From Escherichia coli (GTDB taxonomy: Bacteria; Pseudomonadota; Gammaproteobacteria; Enterobacterales; Enterobacteriaceae), in NCBI RefSeq assembly GCF_965641715.1, contig NZ_OZ282453.1: a stretch of DNA of 64,000 bases. One strand, given 5' to 3'. Shown one piece after another: positions 45,422-61,760 of this stretch (positions are counted from its first letter, which is position 1; each line of letters starts with the position of its first letter). A program made the translations under genes and the position numbers. The notes beneath the pieces were generated by a model that was not told the origin of the DNA, ran no database searches, and worked only from the letters and a program-made list of their open reading frames with translations.

Positions 45422-46588
45422 ATGAAAATAACAATTTCAGGAACAGGTTATGTTGGTCTTTCAAATGGTATTCTGATTGCGCAAAACCACGAAGTGGTTG
45501 CACTGGATATCGTTCAGGCCAAAGTGGACATGCTTAACAAGAAGCAGTCACCGATTGTTGATAAGGAGATTGAAGAGTATCTGGCGACTAAAGATCTCAA
45601 TTTCCGCGCTACGACAGATAAGTATGACGCGTATAAAAATGCCGATTACGTTATTATTGCCACACCTACCGATTATGATCCGAAAACGAATTATTTTAAT
45701 ACCTCAAGCGTGGAAGCGGTCATTCGCGATGTGACAGAAATTAATCCCAACGCGGTAATGATTATAAAATCAACTATCCCTGTTGGTTTTACAGAGTCCA
45801 TTAAAGAACGTTTTGGTATTGAAAATGTGATCTTTTCGCCTGAGTTTTTGCGTGAAGGTAAAGCACTTTATGATAACTTACACCCATCACGCATTGTGAT
45901 TGGCGAGCAGTCTGAACGCGCTGAACGTTTTGCTGCGTTATTACAGGAAGGCGCCATTAAGCAAGACATACCAACATTGTTTACTGACTCAACCGAAGCT
46001 GAGGCGATTAAACTTTTTGCCAACACTTATCTGGCTATGCGTGTAGCGTATTTCAATGAACTTGATAGTTATGCTGAAAGCCTGGGGCTTAATTCACGCC
46101 AGATTATTGAGGGCGTATGCCTTGATCCGCGTATCGGTAATCACTACAACAACCCGTCATTCGGTTATGGCGGTTATTGTCTGCCGAAAGATACCAAGCA
46201 GTTACTGGCAAATTACCAGTCTGTGCCGAATAACCTGATCTCGGCAATTGTTGACGCCAACCGCACGCGCAAAGATTTTATTGCCGATTCTATCCTTGCA
46301 CGTAAACCGAAAGTTGTTGGCGTCTATCGTCTGATTATGAAGAGTGGTTCGGACAATTTCCGTGCTTCCTCGATTCAGGGTATTATGAAGCGAATCAAGG
46401 CGAAAGGTGTGCCAGTAATCGTTTATGAGCCAGCGATGAAAGAGGACGATTTTTTCCGTTCGCGCGTGGTACGTGATCTGGATGCGTTCAAACAAGAAGC
46501 TGATGTTATTATTTCTAACCGTATGTCTGCCGATCTGGCTGATGTAGCAGATAAGGTTTATACGCGCGACTTGTTTGGCAATGATTAA
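45422..46588 (+). CDS. ugd: UDP-glucose 6-dehydrogenase
   Basis: 388 aa from [16 protein letters not shown]; the ORF-track start at 45395 is rejected; the C-terminal 30 codons differ from the K-12-like duplicate at 47836-47937. Confidence 0.95.
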   Translation: MKITISGTGYVGLSNGILIAQNHEVVALDIVQAKVDMLNKKQSPIVDKEIEEYLATKDLNFRATTDKYDAYKNADYVIIATPTDYDPKTNYFNTSSVEAVIRDVTEINPNAVMIIKSTIPVGFTESIKERFGIENVIFSPEFLREGKALYDNLHPSRIVIGEQSERAERFAALLQEGAIKQDIPTLFTDSTEAEAIKLFANTYLAMRVAYFNELDSYAESLGLNSRQIIEGVCLDPRIGNHYNNPSFGYGGYCLPKDTKQLLANYQSVPNNLISAIVDANRTRKDFIADSILARKPKVVGVYRLIMKSGSDNFRASSIQGIMKRIKAKGVPVIVYEPAMKEDDFFRSRVVRDLDAFKQEADVIISNRMSADLADVADKVYTRDLFGND

Positions 46589-46608
46589 TTATTTTGTTTC
46601 ATACTAAG

Positions 46609-46638
46609 AAAAGGCCCTAATAAATTAGGGCCTTTTCT
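46609..46638. terminator. Bidirectional rho-independent terminator between convergent ugd and gla
   Basis: aaaaggccctaataaattagggcctttt: perfect stem flanked by an A-run and a T-run. Confidence 0.7.
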
Positions 46639-46653
46639 TATGGTTTTATAAAA

Positions 46654-47658
46654 TCAAACTTTATAGAAGTTACGATACCATTCTACAAAGTTCTTTACCC
46701 CCTCTTTAACTGACGTTTCAGGTTTGAATCCTATTACGTCATACAGTGCTTTTGTATCAGCACTGGTTTCCAGTACATCACCGGGTTGGAGAGGCATCAT
46801 ATTTTTGTTGGCTTCAATACCCAGAGCCTCTTCTAAGGCATTGATATAGTCCATCAACTCCACAGGCGAACTATTACCAATGTTATAGACACGATATGGT
46901 GCTGAACTTGTTGCAGGAGAGCCTGTTTCAACAGCCCACTGTGGATCTTTTTCTGGAATAACATCCTGTAAGCGAATAATAGCTTCGGCAATATCATCAA
47001 TATAAGTAAAGTCACGCTTCATTTTGCCGAAGTTGTAAACATCAATGCTTTTACCTCCCAACATGGCTTTAGTGAATTTAAATAATGCCATATCCGGACG
47101 TCCCCATGGACCATAAACCGTAAAGAAACGCAGCCCTGTGGTCGGTAAGCCATACAAATGAGAATACGTATGGGCCATGAGTTCATTCGCTTTTTTAGTT
47201 GCTGCATAAAGCGAAACAGGATGATCTACAGAGTCATCTGTGGAGAAAGGCATCTTGCGGTTCATGCCATAAACAGAACTGGAGGAAGCGTAAAGTAGAT
47301 GCTGAACACTATTATGGCGACATCCTTCCAGTATGTTCAGGAATCCAATCAGGTTTGCATCTGCATATGCATTGGGATTTTCAAGGGAGTAACGTACACC
47401 GGCTTGCGCAGCGAGGTTTATTACGCGTTCGAACTGCTCGTCTGCAAACAGTGCCGCCATTTTCTCACGATCAGCCAGGTCAATTTTATAAAAACTGAAG
47501 TTGTCGTGCTTGAGTAAATCAAGTCGTGCTTGTTTGAGGTTGACATCGTAATAATCATTTAAGTTGTCAATGCCTACAACCTGATGACCAGCTGCAAGAA
47601 GCCGTTTACTTACATAGAAACCGATAAAGCCAGCAGCTCCCGTAACCAGAAATTTCAT
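46654..47658 (-). CDS. gla: UDP-glucuronate 4-epimerase (NAD-dependent SDR; Gla/WbnF/CapI-like)
   Basis: 334 aa; MKFLVTGAAGFIGFYVSKRLL...YASSSSVYG...YAATKK; closely resembles UDP-GlcA 4-epimerases from memory; minus strand, opposite to flanking ugd and wzz. Confidence 0.8.
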   Translation of the reverse strand: MKFLVTGAAGFIGFYVSKRLLAAGHQVVGIDNLNDYYDVNLKQARLDLLKHDNFSFYKIDLADREKMAALFADEQFERVINLAAQAGVRYSLENPNAYADANLIGFLNILEGCRHNSVQHLLYASSSSVYGMNRKMPFSTDDSVDHPVSLYAATKKANELMAHTYSHLYGLPTTGLRFFTVYGPWGRPDMALFKFTKAMLGGKSIDVYNFGKMKRDFTYIDDIAEAIIRLQDVIPEKDPQWAVETGSPATSSAPYRVYNIGNSSPVELMDYINALEEALGIEANKNMMPLQPGDVLETSADTKALYDVIGFKPETSVKEGVKNFVEWYRNFYKV

Positions 47659-47829
47659 TTATAATCCTCGCTCAGGCTAGAATATAGCCAATCTTCATCT
47701 GGCATAACTGAAAGTTAAATCATACCGTTAGACAAGAAAAAAAGATAATCGGTATCAGTTCTAAACCTGGCTGTTTTTTCTGGTAACGTGCTCATTTTAC
47801 GATCAAAGCTGTTCTAAGCTGACTATTAG

Positions 47830-47937
<108 letters not shown>

Positions 47938-48083
47938 CATCCTGTTATCAGGGCGATTTTCGCCCTGATTCTCTTATGTTCCATTTGTAATAATTCATTA
48001 TTTTTATCATTTATCCTATAGCATTCATGGCGATTATCGCTAAACTATGGCGACTTAAAATTATTTCGTCCGTTAGGGTAATG

Positions 48084-49064
48084 ATGAGAGTAGAAAATAA
48101 TAATGTTTCTGGGCAAAACCATGACCCGGAACAGATTGATTTGATTGATTTACTGGTGCAGTTGTGGCGTGGCAAGATGACAATTATCATCTCTGTCATT
48201 GTTGCTATTGCCCTGGCTATAGGGTATCTGGCCGTTGCCAAAGAAAAGTGGACTTCCACTGCTATCGTTACTCAACCTGATGTGGGGCAAATCGCTGGTT
48301 ATACCAACGCGATGAATGTGATTTACGGTCCGGCTGTACCGAAAGTCTCCGACATTCAGGCTTCACTTATCGGACGTTACAGCACTGCATTCTCAGCATT
48401 AGCGGAAACGCTGGATAACCAGGAAGAAGCAGAAAAGCTGACCATTGAGCCTACCGTTAAAAATCAGTCATTACCTTTAGCGGTGTCTTATGTTGGTGAA
48501 ACACCTGAAGGTGCTCAGAAGCAGCTGGCGAAGTATATCCAGCAAGTTGACGACCAGGTAAACGTAGAGCTGGAAAAAGACTTGAAAGACAACATCGCGC
48601 TGCGTATGAAAAACTTGCAGGACTCTTTAAGAACTCAGGAAGTAGTCGCGCAAGAGCAGAAAGATCTGCGTATCCGTCAGATTCAGGAAGCGTTGCAGTA
48701 TGCGAATCAGGCGCAGGTGACAAAACCGCAAATTCAACAGACTGGCGAAGATATCACGCAAGATACGTTGTTCCTTTTGGGGAGCGAAGCGCTGGAGTCG
48801 ATGATTAAGCACGAGGCGACCCGTCCGTTGGTGTTCTCACCAAACTACTATCAGACACGTCAAAACCTGCTGGATATCGAAAGCTTAAAAGTTGATGATC
48901 TTGATATTCATGCTTACCGCTATGTAATGAAACCGACGTTACCTATTCGTCGCGATAGCCCGAAAAAGGCAATTACCTTGATTCTGGCGGTGCTGCTGGG
49001 CGGCATGGTTGGCGCGGGGATTGTGCTGGGGCGTAATGCTCTGCGTAATTACAACGCGAAGTAA
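48084..49064 (+). CDS. wzzB: O-antigen chain-length determinant (polysaccharide co-polymerase 1)
   Basis: 326 aa from MRVENNNVSGQNHDPEQIDLIDLLVQLWRGK; TM1 near the N-terminus and TM2 near the C-terminus (ITLILAVLLGGMVGAGIVLG). Confidence 0.9.
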   Translation: MRVENNNVSGQNHDPEQIDLIDLLVQLWRGKMTIIISVIVAIALAIGYLAVAKEKWTSTAIVTQPDVGQIAGYTNAMNVIYGPAVPKVSDIQASLIGRYSTAFSALAETLDNQEEAEKLTIEPTVKNQSLPLAVSYVGETPEGAQKQLAKYIQQVDDQVNVELEKDLKDNIALRMKNLQDSLRTQEVVAQEQKDLRIRQIQEALQYANQAQVTKPQIQQTGEDITQDTLFLLGSEALESMIKHEATRPLVFSPNYYQTRQNLLDIESLKVDDLDIHAYRYVMKPTLPIRRDSPKKAITLILAVLLGGMVGAGIVLGRNALRNYNAK

Positions 49065-49084
49065 TCTTTTCGGTTTTAAAGAAA

Positions 49085-49120
49085 AAGGGCAGGGTGGTGA
49101 CACCTTGCCCGTTTTTTTTG
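49085..49120. terminator. Bidirectional terminator between convergent wzzB and hisI
   Basis: gggcagggtggtgacaccttgccc hairpin followed by tttttttt on plus strand and preceded by an A-rich run; a second hairpin cggatgcgacaacaacatcgcatccg at 49121-49148. Confidence 0.65.
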
Positions 49121-49160
49121 CCGGATGCGACAACAACATCGCATCCGTTTACCCCGCAAC

Positions 49161-49765
49161 TCACTGATGCCGTTTACGCAGGTTCTCAATCACCGTCGTT
49201 AAATCCAGATCCTGATCCTGCAACAACACCAGCAGGTGATACATCAAATCAGATGCCTCGTTGGTCAGTTCAAAGCGGTCATGTACCGTCGCTGCCAGTG
49301 CGGTTTCCACGCCTTCTTCGCCCACTTTCTGCGCAATGCGTTTGGTGCCGCTGGCATACAGTTTGGCGGTGTAGGAGGTTTCCGGGTCGGCAGATTTACG
49401 TTCGGCGAGCAGTTGTTCCAGTTGATAAAGGAACAGCCACTGGTGAGCGGTGTCGCCGAAGCAGCTGCTGGTGCCTTTGTGGCAGGTTGGGCCGATGGGA
49501 TTCGCCAGTACCAGTAACGTGTCGTTGTCGCAGTCCGGGGCAATACTCACCACATTGAGGAAATTGCCCGACGTTTCGCCTTTGGTCCACAGTCGCTGTT
49601 TAGTGCGGGAGAAAAAGGTGACTTTGCCGCTTTCGATGGTTTTGTCCAGAGCTTCCGGGTTCATATAGCCCAGCATTAACACTTCACCGGATACCGCGTG
49701 TTGCACAATCACCGGCATCAGTCCGTCGGTTTTTTCCCAGTCCAGTTCGCGGCGTTGTTGTTCTG

Positions 49766-49772
<7 letters not shown>
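49161..49772 (-). CDS. hisI: Bifunctional phosphoribosyl-AMP cyclohydrolase / phosphoribosyl-ATP pyrophosphatase
   Basis: 203 aa; conserved HisIE sequence; last gene of the his operon. Confidence 0.95.
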
Positions 49773-55289
<5,517 letters not shown>

Positions 55290-55294
55290 GGCGA

Positions 55295-56194
55295 TCACTC
55301 CATCATCTTCTCAATCGGCAGGACCAGGATTGAACTGGCACCCAGCGCTTTCAGTTTTTCCATCGTTTCCCAGAACAGGGTTTCGCTGCTGACCATGTGC
55401 ATCGCTACGCGTTGTTGATCACCCGCCAGCGGCAGAATGGTTGGGCGTTCGGCACCTGGCAGCAGGGCGATGACTTCATCCAGACGTTCGGTCGGTGCGT
55501 GCATCATGATGTATTTTGATTCGCGCGCCTGGATCACACCCTGAATACGGGTCAGCAGTTTGTCGATCAGTTGCTGTTTGGATTCTTCCATTTCGCCATC
55601 GCGTTGTATCAGGCAGGCTTTCGAGCGATAGATAACTTCGACTTCGCGCAGGCCGTTTGCTTCCAGCGTGGCACCGGTGGAAACCAGATCGCAAATCGCA
55701 TCCGCCAGTCCGGCACGCGGGGCGACTTCAACAGAACCGTTCAGTAAGCAGGATTTAAAAGAGATGCCTTTCTGGTCGAGATAACGCTTGAGCAGGTGAG
55801 GATAAGAGGTGGCGATACGTTTACCGTTTAAGGAGAGTGGGCCATCCCAGGCTTCATCAACCGGCGTTGCCAGCGAAAGACGGCAGCCGCCGAAATCCAG
55901 ACGACGCAGGGTAAAGTAGCGTGGATCTTCACCCTGGGCGCGGCGGTTAAGCAGCTCTTCTTCCAGCACGTTTTCGCCGATAATCCCAAGATCTACCACG
56001 CCGTCCATTACCAGACCGGGAATGTCGTCGTCACGCACGCGCAGAATATCAATCGGCATGTTTTCTGCCATCGCGATCAGGCGCTGGGTGTGAAGATTGA
56101 TTTTAATGCCACAGCGCGCCAGCAATTCACGTGAGTCATCACTTAAACGGCCGGATTTCTGCATAGCTATGCGTAAACGAGTGTTGTCTGTCAT
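55295..56194 (-). CDS. hisG: ATP phosphoribosyltransferase
   Basis: 299 aa from [21 protein letters not shown]; the ORF-track start at 56233 would run into the attenuator terminator. Confidence 0.95.
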
Positions 56195-56233
56195 TTTCTT
56201 ATTCCTCTTTAAACCTGTCTGAACCGTTATCAA

Positions 56234-56339
56234 TCGCGCAATAAAAAAGCCCCCGGAAGGTGATCTTCCGGGGGCTTTCTCATGCGTTCATGCACCACTG
56301 GAAGATCTGAATGTCTTCCAGCACACATCGCCTGAAAGA
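56234..56339 (-). promoter_or_regulatory. his operon attenuator including rho-independent terminator
   Basis: On the minus strand: GC-rich hairpin gcccccggaagatcaccttccgggggc followed by a T-run (plus-strand 56243-56275), located between hisL and hisG. Confidence 0.85.
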
Positions 56340-56390
56340 CTAGTCAGGATGATGGTGATGATGGTGGTGTTTAAATTGAACGCGTGTCAT
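56340..56390 (-). CDS. hisL: his operon leader peptide (MTRVQFKHHHHHHHPD)
   Basis: Reverse complement of 56340-56390 reads atgacacgcgttcaatttaaacaccaccatcatcaccatcatcctgactag: 16 codons with seven consecutive His codons. Confidence 0.95.
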   Translation of the reverse strand: MTRVQFKHHHHHHHPD

Positions 56391-56615
56391 AAAAGTCTCT
56401 GTGAATGTTTATTCAACTGATGTCTTTTAACCTAAACCACTTTCACGTTAGAAAGCAAGGGCTTTTTTATATATTTTATGGCAATGGATTTGTTTAATGA
56501 ATGAGCGGGGAAAGGTGGGGGCCTGGAGTGACTACGTTAGAAAAGTAATCGTGAAAATATGTCTTTAAAACCCTCAAGAACATTGTGTTCTGTAACTAAA
56601 GTGGGCTTTGTTCCT

Positions 56616-56711
56616 GCCGGATGCGGCGTGAATGCCTTATCTGGTCTACAAATGTTGCCTAAATTCAATATATTGATGTTTTGTAGGACTGATAAGCGGA
56701 GCGCATCAGGC
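56616..56711. repeat. Degenerate REP pair (BIME-like) upstream of the his promoter region
   Basis: gccggatgcggcgtgaatgccttatctggtctac ... gtaggactgataagcggagcgcatcaggc. Confidence 0.5.
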
Positions 56712-56815
56712 AATGGTATATTTGCTAACAGTTTCGATTTCATTCATAGAATGAATTGTCAGTTTTGATACGCTAGCGTAGCCTTATAGATCTAAGGTGT
56801 ATCAGGAGATAACGG

Positions 56816-57640
56816 ATGAAAAAGGTCGCAATTGTCGGGTTAGGGTGGTTAGGCATGCCGCTGGCGATGTCACTTTCAGCGCGAGGCTGGCAAGTCACCG
56901 GGAGTAAAACCACACAAGATGGTGTCGAAGCGGCCCGAATGAGTGGCATTGATAGCTATCTGCTTCGCATGGAGCCTGAGTTAGTTTGCGATTCTGACGA
57001 TCTGGATGCCCTGATGGATGCCGACGCGCTGGTCATTACGCTTCCGGCACGTCGTAGCGGCCCCGGCGATGAGTTCTATTTACAAGCGGTACAAGAGTTA
57101 GTAGATAGCGCGCTGGCCCATCGTATTCCCCGCATTATTTTCACCAGCTCAACATCTGTCTATGGCGACGCGCAAGGCACGGTGAAAGAAACTACCCCGC
57201 GTAATCCGGTAACCAACAGTGGACGAGTATTAGAAGAACTCGAAGACTGGCTGCACAATTTACCCGGTACTTCGGTCGATATTCTGCGTCTTGCGGGCCT
57301 GGTCGGACCGGGGCGTCATCCCGGACGCTTCTTTGCCGGAAAAACTGCGCCTGATGGTGAACATGGTGTTAATTTAGTCCATTTAGAAGATGTTATTGGC
57401 GCTATCACTCTGTTGTTACAGGCACCTAAAGGCGGACACATCTATAATATATGTGCGCCAGCTCACCCTGCGCGTAATGTTTTCTATCCGCAGATGGCCC
57501 GTTTACTGGGGCTGGAACCTCCGCAGTTCAGAAATAGTCTGGACAGCGGCAAAGGTAAGATTATTGATGGCAGTCGGATTTGTAATGAACTGGGGTTTGA
57601 ATACCAGTATCCCGATCCGCTGGTAATGCCGCTGGAGTAA
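56816..57640 (+). CDS. yeeZ: NAD(P)-binding epimerase/dehydratase-family protein
   Basis: 274 aa; MKKVAIVGLGWLGMPLA Rossmann N-terminus; synteny with the his operon and yeeY. Confidence 0.85.
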   Translation: MKKVAIVGLGWLGMPLAMSLSARGWQVTGSKTTQDGVEAARMSGIDSYLLRMEPELVCDSDDLDALMDADALVITLPARRSGPGDEFYLQAVQELVDSALAHRIPRIIFTSSTSVYGDAQGTVKETTPRNPVTNSGRVLEELEDWLHNLPGTSVDILRLAGLVGPGRHPGRFFAGKTAPDGEHGVNLVHLEDVIGAITLLLQAPKGGHIYNICAPAHPARNVFYPQMARLLGLEPPQFRNSLDSGKGKIIDGSRICNELGFEYQYPDPLVMPLE

Positions 57641-57685
57641 ACGATCACGCCAGCAGGACGCCGCATGCACTGCAAGGGGGCGTGT

Positions 57686-58615
57686 ATGAAACCACTGCTG
57701 GATGTGTTGATGATCCTCGATGCCTTAGAAAAAGAAGGCAGTTTTGCGGCGGCGTCGGCCAAACTCTACAAGACGCCGTCCGCTCTGAGTTACACCGTTC
57801 ACAAGCTGGAAAGCGACCTTAATATTCAATTGCTTGATCGTAGCGGTCACCGCGCTAAATTCACCCGTACCGGAAAAATGTTATTAGAGAAGGGGCGGGA
57901 AGTTCTGCATACCGTGCGAGAACTGGAAAAGCAGGCGATCAAACTGCATGAAGGCTGGGAAAACGAGCTGGTGATTGGCGTGGACGACACGTTTCCTTTT
58001 TCTCTGCTTGCGCCACTGATTGAAGCTTTTTATCAACATCATAGCGTGACGCGCCTGAAGTTTATCAATGGCGTACTCGGTGGTTCCTGGGATGCCCTGA
58101 CTCAGGGGCGAGCGGATATTATTGTTGGCGCGATGCATGAGCCACCATCTTCCAGTGAGTTTGGTTTCTCGCGGTTGGGCGATCTGGAACAAGTCTTTGC
58201 GGTCGCGCCTCATCATCCGTTAGCCCAGGAAGAAGAGCCGTTAAACCGTCGTATCATTAAGCGATATCGGGCGATTGTGGTGGGGGACACTGCGCAGGCA
58301 GGCGCTTCTACGGCCTCACAACTTCTCGACGAACAAGAAGCCATTACCGTTTTCGATTTTAAAACCAAGCTGGAGCTGCAAATTAGCGGCCTCGGCTGCG
58401 GCTATTTACCCCGTTATCTGGCGCAACGTTTTCTCGATAGTGGCGCGTTAATCGAGAAGAAAGTGGTCGCCCAAACTCTCTTTGAACCCGTCTGGATTGG
58501 CTGGAACGAACAGACCGCAGGGCTTGCCAGCGGCTGGTGGCGGGATGAAATTTTAGCAAATAGTGCGATCGCCGGTGTTTATGCAAAATCTGATGACGGA
58601 AAATCAGCCATTTAA
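57686..58615 (+). CDS. yeeY: LysR-family transcriptional regulator
   Basis: 309 aa from MKPLLDVLMILDALEKEGSFAAASAKLYKTPSALSYTVHKLE (LysR HTH), C-terminal substrate-binding domain. Confidence 0.85.
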   Translation: MKPLLDVLMILDALEKEGSFAAASAKLYKTPSALSYTVHKLESDLNIQLLDRSGHRAKFTRTGKMLLEKGREVLHTVRELEKQAIKLHEGWENELVIGVDDTFPFSLLAPLIEAFYQHHSVTRLKFINGVLGGSWDALTQGRADIIVGAMHEPPSSSEFGFSRLGDLEQVFAVAPHHPLAQEEEPLNRRIIKRYRAIVVGDTAQAGASTASQLLDEQEAITVFDFKTKLELQISGLGCGYLPRYLAQRFLDSGALIEKKVVAQTLFEPVWIGWNEQTAGLASGWWRDEILANSAIAGVYAKSDDGKSAI

Positions 58616-58881
58616 AGAAAAATTATTATGACAAGCCTCTCATTCTCTTGTCATTTCCCCCCCATTTAGGCACAATGCGCCGCTGTCAAAAAATGACTAA
58701 AAACCGACGTTTCATCAGCGTCGGTTATTTTTTGCTTCAAACCAATCATTCATACCAAGAGGCCGGGCTTCGTACCGGATAGATATTTACTAAAAATCGA
58801 CAGTTGTTGTCGCTGAGGAATCCAAAAAAATGGGGCAATTTTTTGCTTACGCGACGGTTATCACCGTAAAGGAGAATGACC

Positions 58882-60240
58882 ATGTCGCATAACGTTACTC
58901 CAAACACCTCTCGCGTGGAATTGCGTAAAACGCTTACGTTAGTTCCGGTTGTAATGATGGGTCTTGCCTATATGCAGCCGATGACGCTGTTTGATACTTT
59001 TGGTATCGTTTCAGGCCTCACGGATGGTCATGTGCCGACAGCCTATGCGTTCGCATTGATTGCGATCCTGTTTACGGCTCTGAGCTACGGGAAGCTGGTT
59101 CGCCGCTATCCTTCTGCTGGCTCTGCATACACTTACGCCCAGAAATCCATTAGCCCGACTGTCGGCTTTATGGTGGGTTGGTCTTCTCTGCTCGACTATC
59201 TGTTCGCGCCGATGATCAACATTCTGCTGGCGAAAATCTATTTTGAAGCTCTGGTGCCTTCCATCCCATCGTGGATGTTTGTGGTGGCGCTGGTGGCCTT
59301 TATGACCGCCTTTAACCTGCGTAGTCTGAAATCCGTAGCGAACTTCAACACTGTAATCGTCGTGTTGCAGGTAGTGCTGATCGCGGTGATTCTGGGCATG
59401 GTTGTTTATGGCGTATTTGAAGGTGAAGGCGCTGGTACGCTGGCGAGCACTCGTCCATTCTGGTCTGGCGATGCGCATGTTATCCCGATGATTACCGGGG
59501 CGACAATCCTGTGCTTCTCCTTTACCGGCTTTGACGGCATCAGCAATCTGTCGGAAGAAACCAAAGATGCAGAGCGCGTGATCCCGCGTGCGATTTTCCT
59601 GACCGCGCTGATCGGCGGCATGATCTTCATCTTTGCAACTTACTTCCTGCAGCTGTACTTCCCGGATATCTCTCGCTTTAAAGATCCGGATGCGTCACAG
59701 CCTGAAATCATGCTGTACGTTGCGGGTAAAGCGTTCCAGGTTGGCGCGCTGATCTTCTCCACCATTACCGTACTGGCGTCCGGTATGGCGGCGCATGCAG
59801 GCGTAGCGCGTCTGATGTACGTAATGGGTCGTGACGGCGTATTCCCGAAAAGCTTCTTCGGTTATGTACACCCGAAATGGCGTACTCCGGCGATGAACAT
59901 CATCCTGGTTGGCGCGATTGCCCTGCTGGCAATCAACTTCGACCTGGTAATGGCTACAGCGCTGATTAACTTTGGTGCGTTGGTGGCGTTCACCTTCGTT
60001 AACCTGTCGGTCATCTCGCAGTTCTGGATCCGTGAGAAGCGTAATAAGACGCTGAAAGATCACTTCCAGTATCTGTTCCTGCCGATGTGTGGTGCGCTGA
60101 CTGTTGGTGCGCTGTGGGTTAACCTGGAAGAAAGCTCAATGGTTCTGGGTCTGATCTGGGCTGCTATCGGTCTGATTTACCTGGCTTGCGTCACCAAGAG
60201 CTTCCGTAACCCGGTTCCGCAGTACGAAGACGTAGCATAA
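58882..60240 (+). CDS. plaP: Putrescine / amino acid-polyamine permease (APC family)
   Basis: 452 aa from [16 protein letters not shown]; 12-TM APC-type transporter; ATG at 58882 has SD aggaga at proper spacing. Confidence 0.85.
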   Translation: MSHNVTPNTSRVELRKTLTLVPVVMMGLAYMQPMTLFDTFGIVSGLTDGHVPTAYAFALIAILFTALSYGKLVRRYPSAGSAYTYAQKSISPTVGFMVGWSSLLDYLFAPMINILLAKIYFEALVPSIPSWMFVVALVAFMTAFNLRSLKSVANFNTVIVVLQVVLIAVILGMVVYGVFEGEGAGTLASTRPFWSGDAHVIPMITGATILCFSFTGFDGISNLSEETKDAERVIPRAIFLTALIGGMIFIFATYFLQLYFPDISRFKDPDASQPEIMLYVAGKAFQVGALIFSTITVLASGMAAHAGVARLMYVMGRDGVFPKSFFGYVHPKWRTPAMNIILVGAIALLAINFDLVMATALINFGALVAFTFVNLSVISQFWIREKRNKTLKDHFQYLFLPMCGALTVGALWVNLEESSMVLGLIWAAIGLIYLACVTKSFRNPVPQYEDVA

Positions 60241-60418
60241 TCATCTTTTCTAATAATCAACCGGAGTCGAATGAACATTGGGCTCCGGTTTTTTTATTCT
60301 TTTTTATCGAAATCCTCATTAATAACCATTTGTTCTAATTTAGAGAATTTGGTTATTGGTCTGCATTCCACCAGTCATGAATAATTTCCCCATTAACATT
60401 CATCTGGTTAATTAATTT

Positions 60419-61477
60419 ATGTTTTCAATGATATTAAGCGGGCTAATTTGTGGTGCTCTGCTGGGATTTGTCATGCAGCGTGGGCGTTTTTGCCTGACAG
60501 GTGGTTTTCGCGATATGTATATCGCGAAAAATAATCGCATGTTTTACGCCCTGCTGATTGCAATTTCGGTACAAAGCGTGGGGGTTTTTGCGTTAATTCA
60601 GGCGGGCCTACTGACTTACGAAGCCGGGGCGTTCCCGTGGCTTGGTACTGTTATAGGTGGGTATATCTTCGGGCTGGGAATTGTTCTGGCGGGTGGATGT
60701 GCCACCGGGACCTGGTATCGCGCGGGTGAGGGATTGATCGGCAGTTGGATCGCGCTTTTCACTTATATGGTGATGAGTGCGGTGATGCGTTCTCCACATG
60801 CCAGTGGTTTAAATCAAACCTTGCAGCACTACAGTACTGAACATAACTCTATTGCTGAGACTTTTAATTTGTCTGTGTGGCCGTTGGTTGCCGTTTTGCT
60901 GGTGATAACGCTCTGGGTGGTGATGAAAGAGTTGAAGAAGCCAAAACTCAAAGTCGCGACCTTACCGCCGCGCCGAACCGGGATCGCTCATATTCTATTT
61001 GAAAAACGCTGGCATCCCTTTGTCACTGCTGTACTCATCGGTTTGATTGCGCTTTTAGCCTGGCCCCTGAGTGAAGCAACCGGACGCATGTTTGGGTTAG
61101 GAATCACTTCCCCAACGGCCAATATTCTGCAATTTCTGGTCGCAGGTGACGTGAAATACATTAACTGGGGCGTTTTCCTGGTGTTAGGGATCTTCGTGGG
61201 GTCATTTATTGCAGCCAAAGCGAGCCGTGAGTTCCGCGTTCGCGCAGCTGATGCACAAACAACATTACGTAGCGGGTTAGGTGGTGTACTGATGGGCTTC
61301 GGTGCCAGTATTGCAGGTGGTTGCTCTATCGGTAATGGACTGGTTATGACTGCAATGATGACCTGGCAGGGCTGGGTTGGCCTTGTATTTATGATTCTCG
61401 GAGTCTGGACTGCGTCCTGGCTTGTGTATGTTCGACCGCAGCGTAAGGCGCGACTGGCAACTGCTGCGGCAAATTAA
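60419..61477 (+). CDS. yeeE: YeeE/YedE-family inner membrane transporter (thiosulfate uptake, TsuA-like)
   Basis: 352 aa; conserved Cys-containing motifs (QRGRFCLTGG, IAGGCSIGNG); followed by yeeD. Confidence 0.85.
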   Translation: MFSMILSGLICGALLGFVMQRGRFCLTGGFRDMYIAKNNRMFYALLIAISVQSVGVFALIQAGLLTYEAGAFPWLGTVIGGYIFGLGIVLAGGCATGTWYRAGEGLIGSWIALFTYMVMSAVMRSPHASGLNQTLQHYSTEHNSIAETFNLSVWPLVAVLLVITLWVVMKELKKPKLKVATLPPRRTGIAHILFEKRWHPFVTAVLIGLIALLAWPLSEATGRMFGLGITSPTANILQFLVAGDVKYINWGVFLVLGIFVGSFIAAKASREFRVRAADAQTTLRSGLGGVLMGFGASIAGGCSIGNGLVMTAMMTWQGWVGLVFMILGVWTASWLVYVRPQRKARLATAAAN

Positions 61478-61490
61478 GTAAGGTGTAAAG

Positions 61491-61718
61491 ATGGCGATTA
61501 AAAAGCTGGATGTGGTGACGCAGGTCTGTCCGTTTCCCCTCATAGAAGCAAAAGCAGCACTGGCAGAAATGGCCAGCGGCGATAAGTTGGTAATTGAGTT
61601 TGATTGCACCCAGGCAACTGAAGCAATCCCACAATGGGCGGCAGAAGAAGGACATGCCATCACCGATTATCAGCAGATTGGCGATGCTGCGTGGAGCATC
61701 ACCGTTCAAAAAGCCTGA
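61491..61718 (+). CDS. yeeD: TusA-like sulfurtransferase
   Basis: 75 aa; conserved CPxP motif (VTQVCPFPLIEAK). Confidence 0.85.
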   Translation: MAIKKLDVVTQVCPFPLIEAKAALAEMASGDKLVIEFDCTQATEAIPQWAAEEGHAITDYQQIGDAAWSITVQKA

Positions 61719-61760
61719 CTCAACATTGTCCTCCGCTGTACCAGCGGCGGAGGCTTCAAA

